A DNA stretch of 64,000 nt from Eledone cirrhosa (Eukaryota): assembly GCA_964016885.1 (NCBI GenBank), contig OZ024747.1, forward strand, positions 91,016,001 through 91,080,000, written 5' to 3'. Shown piece by piece: positions 39,851 through 54,200 of the stretch (within the stretch, counting starts at the first letter, position 1; each line of letters begins with the position of its first letter). Both the position numbers and the translations under genes were made by a program. The notes beneath the pieces were generated by a model. It saw only the letters and a program-made list of their open reading frames with translations. It made no database searches and was not told the origin of the DNA.

Positions 39851-39886
39851 TCTTAACGTTTCGGACGCTAGTCCTTTATCAGAAGA
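39851..39886 (-). ncRNA. minimal hammerhead motif (G8 mutated)
   Basis: minus: tctt CTGATAA a ggac tagc gtcc GAAACGTT aaga. Confidence 0.65.
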
Positions 39887-39942
39887 AAGAATGAGAAATA
39901 AGAGATTGACGGGACGGGCGGCATTCATGTGTGTGTGTGTGT

Positions 39943-39996
<54 letters not shown>

Positions 39997-40077
39997 GTAT
40001 GTGTGTGTGTGTGCATGTGTGTGTGTGCATGTGTGTGTGTGTGTGTGTGTGCAAGTACATAAATGGATACTTTCTTA

Positions 40078-40260
40078 ATAATTGTTTCTACTTTAGGCAC
40101 AAGGCCAGCAATTACCCAGTGCATTACTGGTACTTTATTTTATCGACCCCCGTAAGGATGAAAGGCAAAGTCAACCTCGGCGGGATTTGAACTCAGATCG
40201 TAAAGGGTCGTAACTTTGCTGGAAAGCATGGCGTCCGACCCTCTACGATACTGCCAATCT
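40078..40260 (-). mobile_element. SINE family 1
   Basis: near-complete reverse complement of 18415-18598. Confidence 0.9.
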
Positions 40261-40477
40261 ATCTATACTTTCTTAATAATAATCAGTTTTCGGTAAAGTT
40301 TCATCAAAATTACTATTTTCTCAAACAGTTTTGTGTGTGTGTGTGGTTTGTGTGTGTGTGTGTGTGTGTATCCCCGCGTTTGTATGTATGTACGTATGCC
40401 ATCTAAACAACCCTCCTGGAAATACATAATTGAGGGACTAATATACTTATCACCTATAGTCAGATGCAAGCGAAATA

Positions 40478-40558
40478 TTGGTCGTTACGTATGAAATTTG
40501 TGGAAATTTGTGTTTTATTTTCTACACATTTCTATAAGTTTCATACTTAACGACCCAG
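40478..40558. mobile_element. ~80-bp hairpin MITE (Tc1/mariner-like, TA flanks)
   Basis: ggtcgttacgtatgaaattt / aagtttcatacttaacgacc; same family as 48635-48713. Confidence 0.6.
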
Positions 40559-41182
40559 TAATTAAAACCCTTAACTAAAATTCAAATCGATTTCAATTTA
40601 ATGATGTAAAATTTTAAACAGATGATATTTGGTACATAAAGGGGGTTCAAACATGCACAAATCGAGACTCAATAAAATCATAGAATAAAGATACAAAACG
40701 AAATAATCTGAGGTTAATAGACGAATTGATCTTAAGTATTTGCAGCAATAACTCATCTAAGATTAGGAAATGGAATGATTGATGAGTCTAAATTTGATTG
40801 ATCAATCTAGTTCCTTATATCTGCTTGTATCCGGAATGTGTGGTCTTCAGTTGTCTTATAATGTCACTTAGTCAGTTGAGAGTTTTATGCTTTTCAACAG
40901 CGCTATCCACCTACTGTATGACCTATAAAATGGAAAACGTCTGACACAGCAATTCCCACACACACTACTTCCCCAAAACACATACATTGACACACACACG
41001 CGCGCGCGCGCATTACACATATACATACACACATAAACACACACACACACACAGAATGATGCAGAGAGGGGAGTAGAGAGAGGGAGAGAGAGAGAGTGAG
41101 AGACAGTGAGAGATGCACATAAGTGCATAAATAAGTATATATATATATATTAAATTTGTTATATATATATATAACAAATTTA

Positions 41183-41353
41183 ATATAGAAATTGCTTCAA
41201 CAGGACTAGTACTTTCATCTGGCTTCCCTGATGATTTCTTTCGAATGAAACAGTTCTAGTCTTGTAGAAGCCATTTCTATATTTGTTTGTATACACTCTA
41301 CTAATGTATTGAGTACCTTACTTACAGTCATTACCCCCGATTGAACCCAGGAC
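41183..41353 (+). mobile_element. fold-back mini-element with HHR core in the loop
   Basis: arms 41183-41218 / 41245-41283; CTGATGA 41228-41234, GAAAC 41247-41251; tail cactctacta..tattgagtac. Confidence 0.7.
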
Positions 41354-41467
41354 TCACACACACACACACGCGCGCGCAGCACACACACACACACACACAC
41401 ATGTATATATATTTCATTATCGTTTAAACGTCTATCTTCCACGTTACCATGGGTTATATATATATAC

Positions 41468-41549
<82 letters not shown>

Positions 41550-41834
41550 ATACTTTGGGAGGGTCATGTTGCCAATAAGAAACACACGCACCAGTTGTTT
41601 CAATTTATTATAATAAATTTATATATTTAGGAATTTATAAATTTCCGGTTGGTTGGTTGGTTCTACAACCAGATGGTTGTTTATATATTGTCAAAGTTCT
41701 TTCGTCATACATTCTGTGACCTCTTCAGTGACTGGGGTTCTTTTCGTTGTTTTTTGTGCCTCTCCTTTGTTCTGTCCTACGCAATCTTGTTTTGATGAAC
41801 ACACACACACAAAAACATATATATATATATACAC

Positions 41835-41901
<67 letters not shown>

Positions 41902-42417
41902 ATAATATATATATATATATATACATTATACAGATATGTGTGTGTCTGTATGTGTACATATACACCTAAAATATTTCCTACACATGCTTATGTTCTTTCT
42001 TTTTCTGCCCTTTCCTTTCTCTCTACTACTCTATGTAACACTGTCTCTCCCACACTCTTTCACACTCTCACACACTCCCTCACAACATGACTCCATTACA
42101 AGACACGAATTTACTTTTCCTTGTTTCCTCTTCTTTCTATTTCATCAGGTGACTAGAATAGTTGATCTTAATTATAACGTGCTATTCCATAATCAAGTTC
42201 AACACCCTGATGAAACTACCTACTTATACAAGAAGAACATACTGTGTTAGATCTCCTACTCGTTCTGGCAGCGAGGGCTCAAGTTGTTTGATCAGCGGAA
42301 TAAACAGCTGCTGTAATGAACGCGCAAATGGCTGATCTCGCCATAGGCACGTGTACTCTGAACGTAGTTCTCAGTGCAATTCAAAGTGATGCACTGCGTG
42401 ACAAGGCTGGCGCTTTA

Positions 42418-42781
42418 ATAATTGTTTCTACTTCTGGCACAAGGCCAACAATTAGCCAGTGTATTACTGGTACTTTATTTTATCGACCCCGTAAGAATGA
42501 AAGGCAAAGTTAACCTCGGCCGGATTTGAACTCAGACCATAAAGGACCGTAACTCTTTGCTGCAAAGCATGGCGTCCGACCCTCTACCCATTGGTGGATT
42601 GGCAGTATCGGTAGAGAGTCGGACACCATGCTTTGCAACATAGAGTTACGGTCCTTTACGGTTTGAGTTCAAATCCCGCCGAGGTAACTTTGCCTTTCAT
42701 CCTTATGGGGTCGATAAAATAAAGTACCAGTAATACACTGGGTAATTGCTGGCCTTGTGCCAAAAGTAGAAACAATTATTA
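42418..42781. mobile_element. head-to-head inverted pair of SINE family 1
   Basis: minus copy 42418-42588, plus copy 42593-42781. Confidence 0.9.
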
Positions 42782-42929
42782 TAGCTTTTACTTAGAAGAA
42801 TGAAACAAAGATGGTGTACTTCATTTATTCAGGCCACTGCTCTACTATTCCAACCACATTTAGTATCACATTTACTATTAAATATATATATATATATTTA
42901 TAATATATATATATAAATGATATATATAC

Positions 42930-43000
<71 letters not shown>

Positions 43001-43011
43001 GATATATATAC

Positions 43012-43064
<53 letters not shown>

Positions 43065-43075
43065 GATATATATAC

Positions 43076-43130
<55 letters not shown>

Positions 43131-43150
43131 GATATATATATATACATTTT

Positions 43151-43244
<94 letters not shown>

Positions 43245-43322
43245 CGATGTATATATATATGTCGTTGAAATGTCCAAGACAACTGATGAAGCAACATTTC
43301 TTCCCGTTCTTGCGCGTTTATT

Positions 43323-43437
<115 letters not shown>

Positions 43438-43544
43438 GCATATATATATATATAACTATATAATTGATGTATATATATATATATATATATGTATGTGTAT
43501 GTATATATATATATGCGAAAAACCACAGACCCTCCATCTCAATT

Positions 43545-43719
43545 CTACTTTTGAAAAGCAGAAGAACTGCAAAACTGGTAAAGGAACCAAATAAATATAT
43601 ATTTAAAAAAAAAAAGTCTCCAGTTGCATTTTCGATTTAGTCTTTTTTGCTTATACTTTCACTCGTGTAGGACACCTCCGTTATTTTTCATTTTGTAAAA
43701 AAAAAACCTCACTTTCTAA
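43545..43719 (+). mobile_element. PLE 3' end with degenerate U3:A8 hammerhead
   Basis: ctt TTGAAAA gcag aagaa ctgc AAAAC tg GTA aag (43548-43583); tail ends cctcactttctaa(TA)n. Confidence 0.65.
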
Positions 43720-43866
43720 TATATATATTTATATATATTGTTATACTTGTGGAGGGTCATATTTGTGTAATATTGCCAGAATTAATAACAGAACACACTC
43801 ACTGTTTGGTTGGTTTTCGCTTTTCGCTTCTGTGTCTTTTATATCGGTAAATCTAATTTATTCGGT

Positions 43867-43934
<68 letters not shown>

Positions 43935-44494
43935 CGTGAAATATACAGTGTTGCTTCAGAGCAGAAAGAGCAACTGGGAATTGAACTTACGTGAAACCGA
44001 ACATCCTAACCACTAAGCCACGACCGCTCACACTAAAATGTACAAGCAGACACTAATGTACACGCACACACAAACAAAATGATATGCACCCCCATATACA
44101 CGCATATACATACACCAAATACGCATGCTTGTATATAATCACACGGAGACAGACACATACGCGCACATGCACACACGCACAAATATATGCACACACACAC
44201 ATACAAATAAAATATGCACTTCATATATACGCGCAAATCCTGTGATTGCTTATAAACACACGCACACAGACACACACACATACGCGTACACATGCACACA
44301 CAGAAACACACTCACATACACGTGCAGACGCACAAACAAACAAAATCACATGCAACCCATATTTACTCTTTTTTACTTGTTCCAGCCAGCTGACCCGCCC
44401 TTAATACACACACACACGCACACACACGCACACACACACACACACACACACATACACACACACACTCACACACACATACATACTCACATACACA

Positions 44495-44567
<73 letters not shown>

Positions 44568-45071
44568 TTATATATATATATATATATATATACATACACG
44601 CATATGCAAACAAAAAAGCGCATGGATGCATATAAATACGCACACAGACACAAACACAAGCGTACTTATACACACACACACCAACAAACAAACAAACAGA
44701 ATCACATGCTCATCTACGCACACGCAAAACCTCACGGATACACACACATATAATTCACCCCTCTTGCTGTCTCTCCACTCACGCAGTTTGTCTGCTTACT
44801 TCCCAGCATAACACCCTGTCTATTCCTCCACTTTCATACCTAACTGTCGACAGTAATTAGCAGGATGTCTAACTACACGCATACATACACATATGCACAC
44901 GCTCATACACGCATACTGGCATACACACACATACACATACTCACACCCACACACCCAGATGCACATGCAGATATGCACACATTCGTTAACACACATGCAC
45001 ACACACACACACACAGATACTCACACATGCATACGTACACACACACGCACACACACGTATATATAAATATT

Positions 45072-45104
<33 letters not shown>

Positions 45105-45151
45105 ATATTAGAGACCACGTTATTCTTCACTCCTTTAGTACACACACACAG

Positions 45152-45192
<41 letters not shown>

Positions 45193-46407
45193 CAATTGAC
45201 TAATTAATTATGTACTACACAGGATATTGGGATAATTTCAAACGCAAGTTATACATTATCTAAAATATAAACATTATAAACATTTTAACCACATTATGAG
45301 AATTCAACTATATTACAAGATTTATCTTTTCGTGGTCAGTAAAAGTTGTAATGATTTGACTAGTTTCTAAACTTCTTAAACGTTTATCTGAGAAAGTGTA
45401 CCCTTGTTCTGTGCGTGGAGGTTGGTACCGTATAAGTATTTATTGTGTATGCAAACTAAAACCCATCTTAACTGATCAGTTTATGTTATATAATAGTGCT
45501 TACACTGACAATGTAGATGAATTAATTAATTTATTCATTCATAGTGCATTACATTATGTTAGCGGCGAATTGGCCGAGTTGTTAGAACGTCGGAGAGAAG
45601 GGTTTACAGTATTCGTTCCGGTTTTCTGGTCTCTGTGTTCAAACCTCGCTGAGTTGAAATTGCCTTCCATTCTTATGAGGTCGATAAGAGTACCAGTCTA
45701 GTACTGGGGTGGATTCTTCCTCTCTTTCTTACTTCTTTTCTCTCACTCTTTATCATTCTCTGGAAGACCTCTGGTGTTTCAGACCTAGAGAGAGGATGGA
45801 CTCCACCAGGTTTAAAAATGTCCAAGAAACGTTGTATCTCAATATGACACCCGTTCAACTCTATCGGGAATACATACATACATATTTACATACATACATA
45901 CATATTTACATACATTCATACACACATGGTGTTAAAATATATGATACACCTTTATATTCATAGCATCATTTTAATACGGTATTGAAAACTAAACAACGTG
46001 GTTAACCAACGGGTTTTATATTTTCTTGGGCAGAAATAATAAAGTAGATGAAATATTATATATTAGATCATCAAAGCTGAGCGATAGAAAACATTTTATA
46101 TTCAACTCAGTATAAAACATTATGATACAAACAAAACAAACATACAAAAACAGGTCTATTATATAAAGCCTAATTGAGAAAACTAAGAACGTGCCAAGAA
46201 GTATGAGATGGAAGGCGTATTTCCTCGACAAAGTCACCAACAATATTACCTCAAATGAAGAATTTGGCTTCAAAACCACCAGGAATTACCCACAAAATAA
46301 TGAACCGAAAAATACCAAACGGATTTAATTAAGCTCCTAAAAAACCTAAACCTAAATCAGCGCCTTCCTAAATACATCAAAGTAACATTTATTACACTTA
46401 TAAATTC

Positions 46408-46625
46408 AGCGGTGGATTGGCAGTATTTGTAGAGCGTCGGACAAACATGTTTTATATCATAGTGTTGCGCCCTTTTACGATCTGAGTTCAAATCCTGCCT
46501 AGGTTAGCTTAGCTCTTTATCCTTACAGGGTCGATAAAATAACGTACCAGTAATGCATTTTGGGTCGATTTAATCGACTTTCCCCTCTGCAAAATGTGTT
46601 GGCTTTGTGCCTAAATCAGAAGCAA
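46408..46625 (+). mobile_element. SINE family 1 inside the PLE RT remnant
   Basis: gcggtggattggcag head, B-box and CORE-like block. Confidence 0.85.
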
Positions 46626-47104
46626 ATATATTCGTACATAACTGATAAAACTAGAAATCTATAGAAACTAGATAAGAATATTTAGGGTAGATTGTTTGTT
46701 GTTAAACAACATAATGAATACATATGAAAAAGAAAATACTAACACGATCAATACTAACACAATAACGATGGAGGAGGTGAAAGCCCTGGCAACACATTCA
46801 AATATAGCAGAAAAATCACAAGATTTCGCAGTTGAGCCAAAATGTAGAGTCATTCAACCCACTAAAAAAGATGGCTTTAGAGATAGTGTATTAACATAAT
46901 AGAAAAATAACACAACAACCTTGGCAGAGAGGAATTGTAATAACATTACAATAATGACACAACCCAACTCCAGATTTACCCAGTTCGATATTGTTGAATT
47001 CTAGCCACCCATTTCTAAACACATTCTATTTCGGCAAAGAAAACAACAAAAACATACACTAAGATAAAGGACACTAGTATGAATATCACATATTTACAGC
47101 AAAG

Positions 47105-47440
47105 ATTTACGGTCATTTATGATCTGAGGTCAAATCCCGCCGAGGTTAAGTTTGCCTTTATCTTTACGGGATCGATAAAATAAAGTACCAGTAATACACT
47201 GCGATAATTGCTGGCCTTGTGCCAAAAGTAGAAACAATTATGAACATCACAATGGTTTCTGAATCAGACACAAAGGTAACAGTTTTGGGGGAAGGGAAAG
47301 TCGATTAAATCGACCCCAGTGCGTTGCTGGTACTTTATTTTATCAACCTCCAAAAGATGAAAGGTAAAGATAAACTCGGTTGGATTTTAACCCAGAACAT
47401 AAAGGGCCGTAACTCAGAATACGCCGAAAACATAGTGTTT
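47105..47440. mobile_element. tail-to-tail SINE family 1 pair
   Basis: plus copy ~47105-47242, minus copy ~47255-47440. Confidence 0.75.
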
Positions 47441-47887
47441 TATGAAATACGAAAGTTAAGTTTAATGTAACCACAAGTACCTAGACAGAGCTGAAATTTC
47501 AGATATAACCGGATATCTTGTGAAACAGAACTAGATACTATGATAAATGTAGTTATATAGAGAGCTATATAGACAGGCTATTAGAGAGATATCTAAATAG
47601 ACAGAATCGCAGTTACTTACTACTTTGACACACACACACATACGCACACAAACACATACATACACACATACACACACACATACACACATACATACACACA
47701 CATACACACATATTTATATATATGAATATATATATATATATATATACAGAGGGTGCGGAAGAAAACCTTTAATATTTTACACGATCAGCCATTAAAATGT
47801 GGGATATATACATACATATATATATATATATATACACACATACATATACATACACATATACACACATACATATACATACACATATAC

Positions 47888-47981
<94 letters not shown>

Positions 47982-48120
47982 TATATATATATATATGCAT
48001 ACGTACATATCTAACATATATAACATACCAGTAATGAACCCATTATTATGCTAATAAAATATCGCTCCACTCATCTTCCTCCTCTCTGAGATAGTCGTCT
48101 GCAGGGCCGGTCAGACTTAC

Positions 48121-48229
48121 CTGTTCATTCCATTACTCAAATAGATGAGCTCCGTTTCACAGTCAAGTGTTGCTTTCTCAATGCTTATTATATCGTTGGC
48201 AGGTTTATTTAAATCACCATTCGACCTAT
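48121..48229 (-). CDS. candidate internal exon of an unidentified host gene
   Basis: minus: tttcag| 109-nt open frame RSNGDLNKPANDIISIEKATLDCETELIYLSNGMN |gtaagt; no homology recognised. Confidence 0.3.
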
Positions 48230-48634
48230 CTGAAAGGACTAACGAATGACAGCTAACGTCATAAGAGGCGTGACCAATTGGCTCGATTTAACAGTTGGGT
48301 TGAAAAACCAGCCGTCTGGAGGAAATGGAAGAGATTCTATACCTAGAGATATTTTTCTTTCTTTTTCCCTTTCCTTTTAATTTCTTGGCATTTCTATATA
48401 TCTACTCCATTACAGACAGTTTTCATTCAATTCCACTACGATTTCTATATTTTTGTTATGTCAGAAATCTCTCATCACCTTCGTTATTTCTCTCTCTCTA
48501 AGATTCGGTTTTATTTAAACATAGATGTACCCCCCCCCCCCCCCCCACCTCACTCTCCTTAAAACGCTGATTATATAATTAGTGTATGGCTATTGTTAAT
48601 AGACTAAAATATCACAAACATCTTACTTAATGTA

Positions 48635-48713
48635 TTGGGTCGTCAAGTATGAAATTTGTAGAAATTTCTTTTTTTTCTACAAATTTCTAGAAATCTCATA
48701 CTTGATGACCCTA
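48635..48713. mobile_element. ~80-bp hairpin MITE
   Basis: gggtcgtcaagtatga / tcatacttgatgaccc; TA flanks. Confidence 0.65.
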
Positions 48714-48853
48714 TATATATCATGTACATACACATACACACACACACGCGCGCACACACACACACGCGCGCACACACACACACGCACGCACGCGCACACA
48801 CACACAATCACACACACATACAAACACACACACACACAGATATTATATATATA

Positions 48854-48956
48854 CAGGGTGTCCCCCAAAAAATACAGGATATCTCCCTCAACAAATGTAT
48901 ACACTCTTCAACAGCATTCTAATCAAAGTGTGTATACATTTTTGGGGGACACCCTG
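48854..48956. mobile_element. Tc1/mariner-type MITE
   Basis: perfect 18-bp TIR cagggtgtcccccaaaaa with TA on both sides. Confidence 0.85.
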
Positions 48957-49141
48957 TATATATTCTTTACTTTCCATGTCGGTTCGTCCATTGATCGTTC
49001 CAGATGCCATATCAGATTTCTGAAAAGAGGTTGTTTAGCCATTTCTCGAGAAAAGGGTCGTTGTGAGTAATTCCCAAAGAACCGTTCTTATGGTACGACT
49101 TATTAGTCAATGCCTTGACTGAGGCAGAGAGAATGAGTGTC

Positions 49142-49182
<41 letters not shown>

Positions 49183-49193
49183 GAGAGGAGAGA

Positions 49194-49244
<51 letters not shown>

Positions 49245-49267
49245 TGAGAGCGAGAGGAGAGAGATGG

Positions 49268-49298
<31 letters not shown>

Positions 49299-49532
49299 TA
49301 GATAGATAGATAGATAGAGGTAGAGATAGTGAGAGTGAGAGAGAGAGAAAGAGAGAGAGACAGAGAGAGGATGATATATATATAATATATATATATAGAG
49401 AGAGAGAGAGGGGGGGGGGGTTATGAACCCTGGTACCTTGTATGCTATATGTATATAATTTATCCAGATTGAAAAAGTGAAAAGTAAAATTAGTCTCGTC
49501 AGGATTTGAATTCATGAGTTTGGCTGGTTTCA

Positions 49533-49720
49533 TTTGGGGATCAACTCAGATCATTTGGAGGGGGTTGCTTCTGTCAGGACCCGCACTGGAAGGAGGGAGG
49601 ACTTTGTCCACACAACCTTCTCAGGAATAAGTGGGCGAAGAAGAAGAAGAAGAAGACGAAGAAGAAGAAGAAGAAGAAGAAGAAGAAGAAGAAAGAAGAA
49701 GAAGAAGAAGAAGAAAGAAA
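49533..49720 (+). mobile_element. RTE LINE extreme 3' end with (GAA)n tail
   Basis: ggttgcttctgtcag...ctcaggaataagtgggc(gaa)n matches 60090-60200 minus. Confidence 0.75.
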
Positions 49721-49788
49721 AGGATTGCATTCAGAGGAGTTGAAATTGCTGCAAGTTTATTTTGTCATTTTGGACAACTCTGGTAATT

Positions 49789-49823
<35 letters not shown>

Positions 49824-49966
49824 CACGCACGCACACACGCACACATGCACGCACGCATACACATACACACAGAAACACACACACGCACGCACACACATAC
49901 ACAACACACACGCACATAAACACACATATATACATACACGAACATACACGCATGGCACACACATAG

Positions 49967-49998
<32 letters not shown>

Positions 49999-50016
49999 CT
50001 AATACAAACACACACG

Positions 50017-50077
<61 letters not shown>

Positions 50078-50134
50078 TATATACAGGGAGAGAGAGAGAG
50101 AATGAGAGAGAGTGAACGAGAGAGAGAGAAAGAG

Positions 50135-50208
<74 letters not shown>

Positions 50209-50210
50209 AG

Positions 50211-50268
<58 letters not shown>

Positions 50269-50607
50269 ATAGATAGGCAATAATCAATGGGTATGTGTAA
50301 AATTGTATTCACCTTTATCAACAGCTATCAGGTCAATAATCAATGAATATCAAACAGGTAGATCTTCCTTGCATCCAGAAGTTGCTTACGTCAGCATCAA
50401 TACATATATTATTGAACCATTCCCCAACAATGACAGACACTGCCTATGTTAGGTATGGGCAACATTTTTCCCGCAGTGGGCCGCATAGTATGGGCTACAC
50501 TACTAAATAATGTATTTTAAACCAGTCGGGGGGTGGTGTGTCCTCCCGCTCACTATCGGAACGCTATCTATATCCTCCTTCAAGAGAAGGAGGATATAGA
50601 TAGATAT

Positions 50608-51562
50608 GTTTCTTTTATTTGCCACCAGGGCATCAAAAGTGGGACAAGTACAATGGGGGGAGTTTACAAAACAAGGCGTCTTCAATAAGGAGGAGGCAAT
50701 AACAATATATAAAAATAAAATAAAATATAACAAAAAATAAAATTTATAACAAAGTCCTCAATAGAGAGGAGGCGCCTTGGGGGGTCACACACACCCCCGA
50801 AAAAAAGTGTGCAACCCTTTTCCTCGGGAGCACAGAGGAAGGGGTGCTCCCTTGGTCTTTCATCTTCCTCACCTATAGTCTGATGTAGAGTGAAGGCCAT
50901 TCACACGGGCCATTCTCGCCACTTTCACCCATCTTTCATAAAACGACTGGGGTGCAGCAACCTCTCTCTCCATCCTGATCCTTCTTCCGAAATGATATCG
51001 GAAGAAACGGACCAGTTGTTGGCCAGAGAGAAAGGTGCCTGACCTCAGTCCTTTCAGACGCGTCCACCATACAACCTCTTTCGCCATGGCTATTACGCAC
51101 AGAAACACCGCCTCTGCTTCATCTTTGAAGGGGGGAGGCGGCTTGATCATTACAATAGACTCGGTGGTCAACCGGATCGGTCCCACCCTTGACAGCAGTT
51201 GTTCGACATAGCCCCACAGATCGGCTACGCCCGAGCAGTGTACCAATGCGTGTGCAACGGTTTCCTCGTCGCACACGCATCTGGGACAGATCTTTTTGGC
51301 GGGGTCCCTACCCGGGCGCCCGTGTCTGTAGAGCCTTTCTCGAACGGGTAAAGCCCCTCGTAGCACTGCCAGGCCAGGGACTTCTGGAAGTTGTCCATAG
51401 GTACCGGGCTGAATGTCCTACCGAACAGGCTGGCCAGTTCGTCCTCCTCCATGTCTAGGGCTTCTCCGAGGGCGTCGTCGCACCTGCTGCGTACCAGCCC
51501 TCTATAGAATGTTGCGGTGGAGTCTCCACTGATAACCGGATCCGCCTGCCAGAGGGCAGACA
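50608..51562 (-). mobile_element. L1/Tx1-clade LINE 3' fragment (zf-RVT CCHC region plus 3' UTR)
   Basis: FQKSLAWQCY/RGALPV...CPRC..DEETVAHALVHC..LW; frameshift near 51360; flanked by GATA/TATC repeats. Confidence 0.85.
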
Positions 51563-51590
51563 GATATATAGATAGATAGATAGATAGATA

Positions 51591-51645
<55 letters not shown>

Positions 51646-51695
51646 AGGTAGATAAATAGATAAATAGATAGATAGATAGATAGATAGGTAGGTAG

Positions 51696-51903
51696 GTAAT
51701 AGGAAAAAAGAGTCAGGACCCTGACGGCTGAGCTCTGGCCGTTTCGACAGTAAGATTCAAACAGTTCGGATCTAGCTGTCGAAACGGTCGGAGCTCAGCC
51801 GTCGGGGTCCCCAACTATTTCCCTATTACCCACTCTACTACCCTAAGTAGTGAGTACTCTGATGCGTTATGGTCCACCTGGTATCTTACCACACCCTCTT
51901 TGT
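51696..51903 (+). mobile_element. fold-back mini-element, GAGCTC family (subfamily B), in (GATA)n
   Basis: inverted arms 51696-51828, GAAACGGTC at 51781, conserved tail. Confidence 0.85.
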
Positions 51904-52274
51904 TAGATAGATAGATAGATAGATAGAGAGGCTGAGAGGGAGAGAGAAAGAAAACCGTGAGGGAATGGTACTCTATATATCGAACGAGCTAGAAATGAGC
52001 CACGCTAGAAATGCTGATATTCAAGAAAAAAAGCAGGAACACAACTATATTAACATAGAAAAGGAATGGACTTCCGCTGGTTTTAACAATCAGTATTCTA
52101 GTTCTTTGATCAACGAAACGGCCTACTCATGAAATTCACGTGTAAAGTGGTTGAGCACTTCACAGGCATGCCAACCCTTAACGTAATTCCAACGAAGTTT
52201 CAGCGTAAACAATAGGCTGTCTTTTTGAATCATAGACACAGTTCATTCGACAATCTACATCGGCGCAAGTACGT

Positions 52275-52406
52275 CACTGGTACTTTATTTTATCGGTGAA
52301 AGTCAAAGCTATTCTTGGTGAGATTTGAACTCAGAATGTAAGAAGCCGGACAAACACTGCTAAGTATTTTGTCCGACGATCTAAAGATTCAACCAATCCA
52401 CCGCCA
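52275..52406 (-). mobile_element. SINE family 1 (old)
   Basis: ctggtactttattttatc...atttgaactcag...aatccaccgcc. Confidence 0.75.
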
Positions 52407-52608
52407 TTTCCGGTTTAGAAATAACGGAAGTAATACAAGAAGAATTACAATGGCATTAAAAATATATCCCCTAACACACACATAGACACACATACAAACA
52501 CATACACATACAACTCACACACATATCACACATACAAACAGACTGACACACGCAATATACTCTCTTTACATTCTATATAACATTCAACATCACACACACC
52601 AACAGACA

Positions 52609-52665
<57 letters not shown>

Positions 52666-53271
52666 TACACTCACATATGCACACACACATACACACACAT
52701 ACACACACACACAATATATCCCCTTTATATTCTAAATAACGTTCACTACCACACACGTTAACACACACTCACACACACTAAAACACACACACATACACTC
52801 ATATATGCACACATACACACAATATATCCCCTTAACATTGAACATCACACAAGCCAACTCACACACACACAAACACATTCACACACACACAAACACAAAC
52901 ATAAACACGCACCCACTCACACATGCAAACAGACATACAGAGGCACAAACACACAAACAGACACACAAACAAACACACTCACACATGCAAACAGACACAC
53001 AGAGGCACACACATACAGACACACACATACACACACACACAAACAGACACATAAACACACACACACTCACACATGCAAACAGACCCACAGAGGCACACAC
53101 ACACACATACAAACAGACACATAAACACACACACACACACACACATGCATACAGACACACACACAAACACACACACAAACACACAAACACTCACACATAT
53201 ACACAGACACACACACACACACACACACAAACAGATACACAAACACACGCCCACTCACGCATATAAACACA

Positions 53272-53353
<82 letters not shown>

Positions 53354-53589
53354 CACACTCACATACACACATATATGCACACCTCATGTCAATCTTTCTC
53401 TGGTAACTTCAAACACTTTACCACACTACTTCTCAATATTCATCATAACTCTTTCATACATACCGTACCAAGATATCTACAGTACCTGACAGTACCTGGC
53501 CCCACCCAACAACTACCGACCCATCAACACAGCATACACAAGCATACCTCACTCGACCCATCATCATCATAGTATACACTATAAAAGTA

Positions 53590-53932
53590 CTTCTACAACT
53601 GACCATCTACCCATCATCATCATCAACACAACACACCAGATACCACCACAAACTAGCTACACTACCCTCCACCCGACCATCTACCCATCATCAACACAAC
53701 ACATACCACCACAAGCTAGCTACACTACCCTCCACCCGACCATCAACACAACACATACCACCACCACAAGCTAGCTACACTACTCTCTACCCGACCATCA
53801 ACACAACACATACCACCACCACAAGCTAGCTACACTGCCCTCCACCCGACCATCTACCCATCATCAACACAACACATACCACCACCACAAGCTAGATACA
53901 CTACCCTCCACCCGACCATCTACCCATCATCC
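53590..53932. repeat. 45-57-bp tandem minisatellite x~6
   Basis: acaagctagctacactaccctccacccgaccatc repeated. Confidence 0.85.
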
Positions 53933-53965
53933 ACACACACACATTAAGAACTACTTGTTAGCTAA

Positions 53966-54200
53966 ATAATTGTTTCTATTTTTGGCACTAGACCAGCAAT
54001 TATCTCAGTGTATTACTGGTACTGGGTAATTACCTGGCCTTGTGCCTAAAATAAAAACAATTATTAGTACTTTATTTTATCGACCCCATAAAGATGAAAG
54101 GCAAAGTTAACCTCGGCGGGATTTAAACTCAGACCGGAAAGGGGCGTAACTCTATTCTGCAAAGCATGGCGTCCGACCTTCTACCGATACTGCCAATCCA
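53966..54200 (-). mobile_element. SINE family 1 with an internal inverted SINE tail
   Basis: plus-orientation tail 54021-54066 embedded in the minus copy. Confidence 0.8.

Larger units (their letters stand above)
46090..47570 (+). pseudogene. decayed Penelope-like reverse transcriptase ORF interrupted by SINEs
   Basis: LIEKT..MRWKAYF (46203), FGFKT, LLNNIMNTYEK..PKCRVIQP, QFDIVEF*PPIS (46981), FNVT..AEISDI (47461), in the expected PLE RT order. Confidence 0.7.

Noticed and set aside
41545-41790. TGTTATAC-starting repeat (also 43738) as a solo LTR
   Set aside because: Two copies share only a short start; no CA end, TSD or internal domain found
42207-42250. CTGATGA as a hammerhead (also 43283)
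   Set aside because: No stem II-GAAA-stem III downstream; at most deleted remnants
53590-53932. CRISPR-like array (also 32301 and 1335)
   Set aside because: Head-to-tail minisatellites without unique spacers, no cas genes, eukaryotic context
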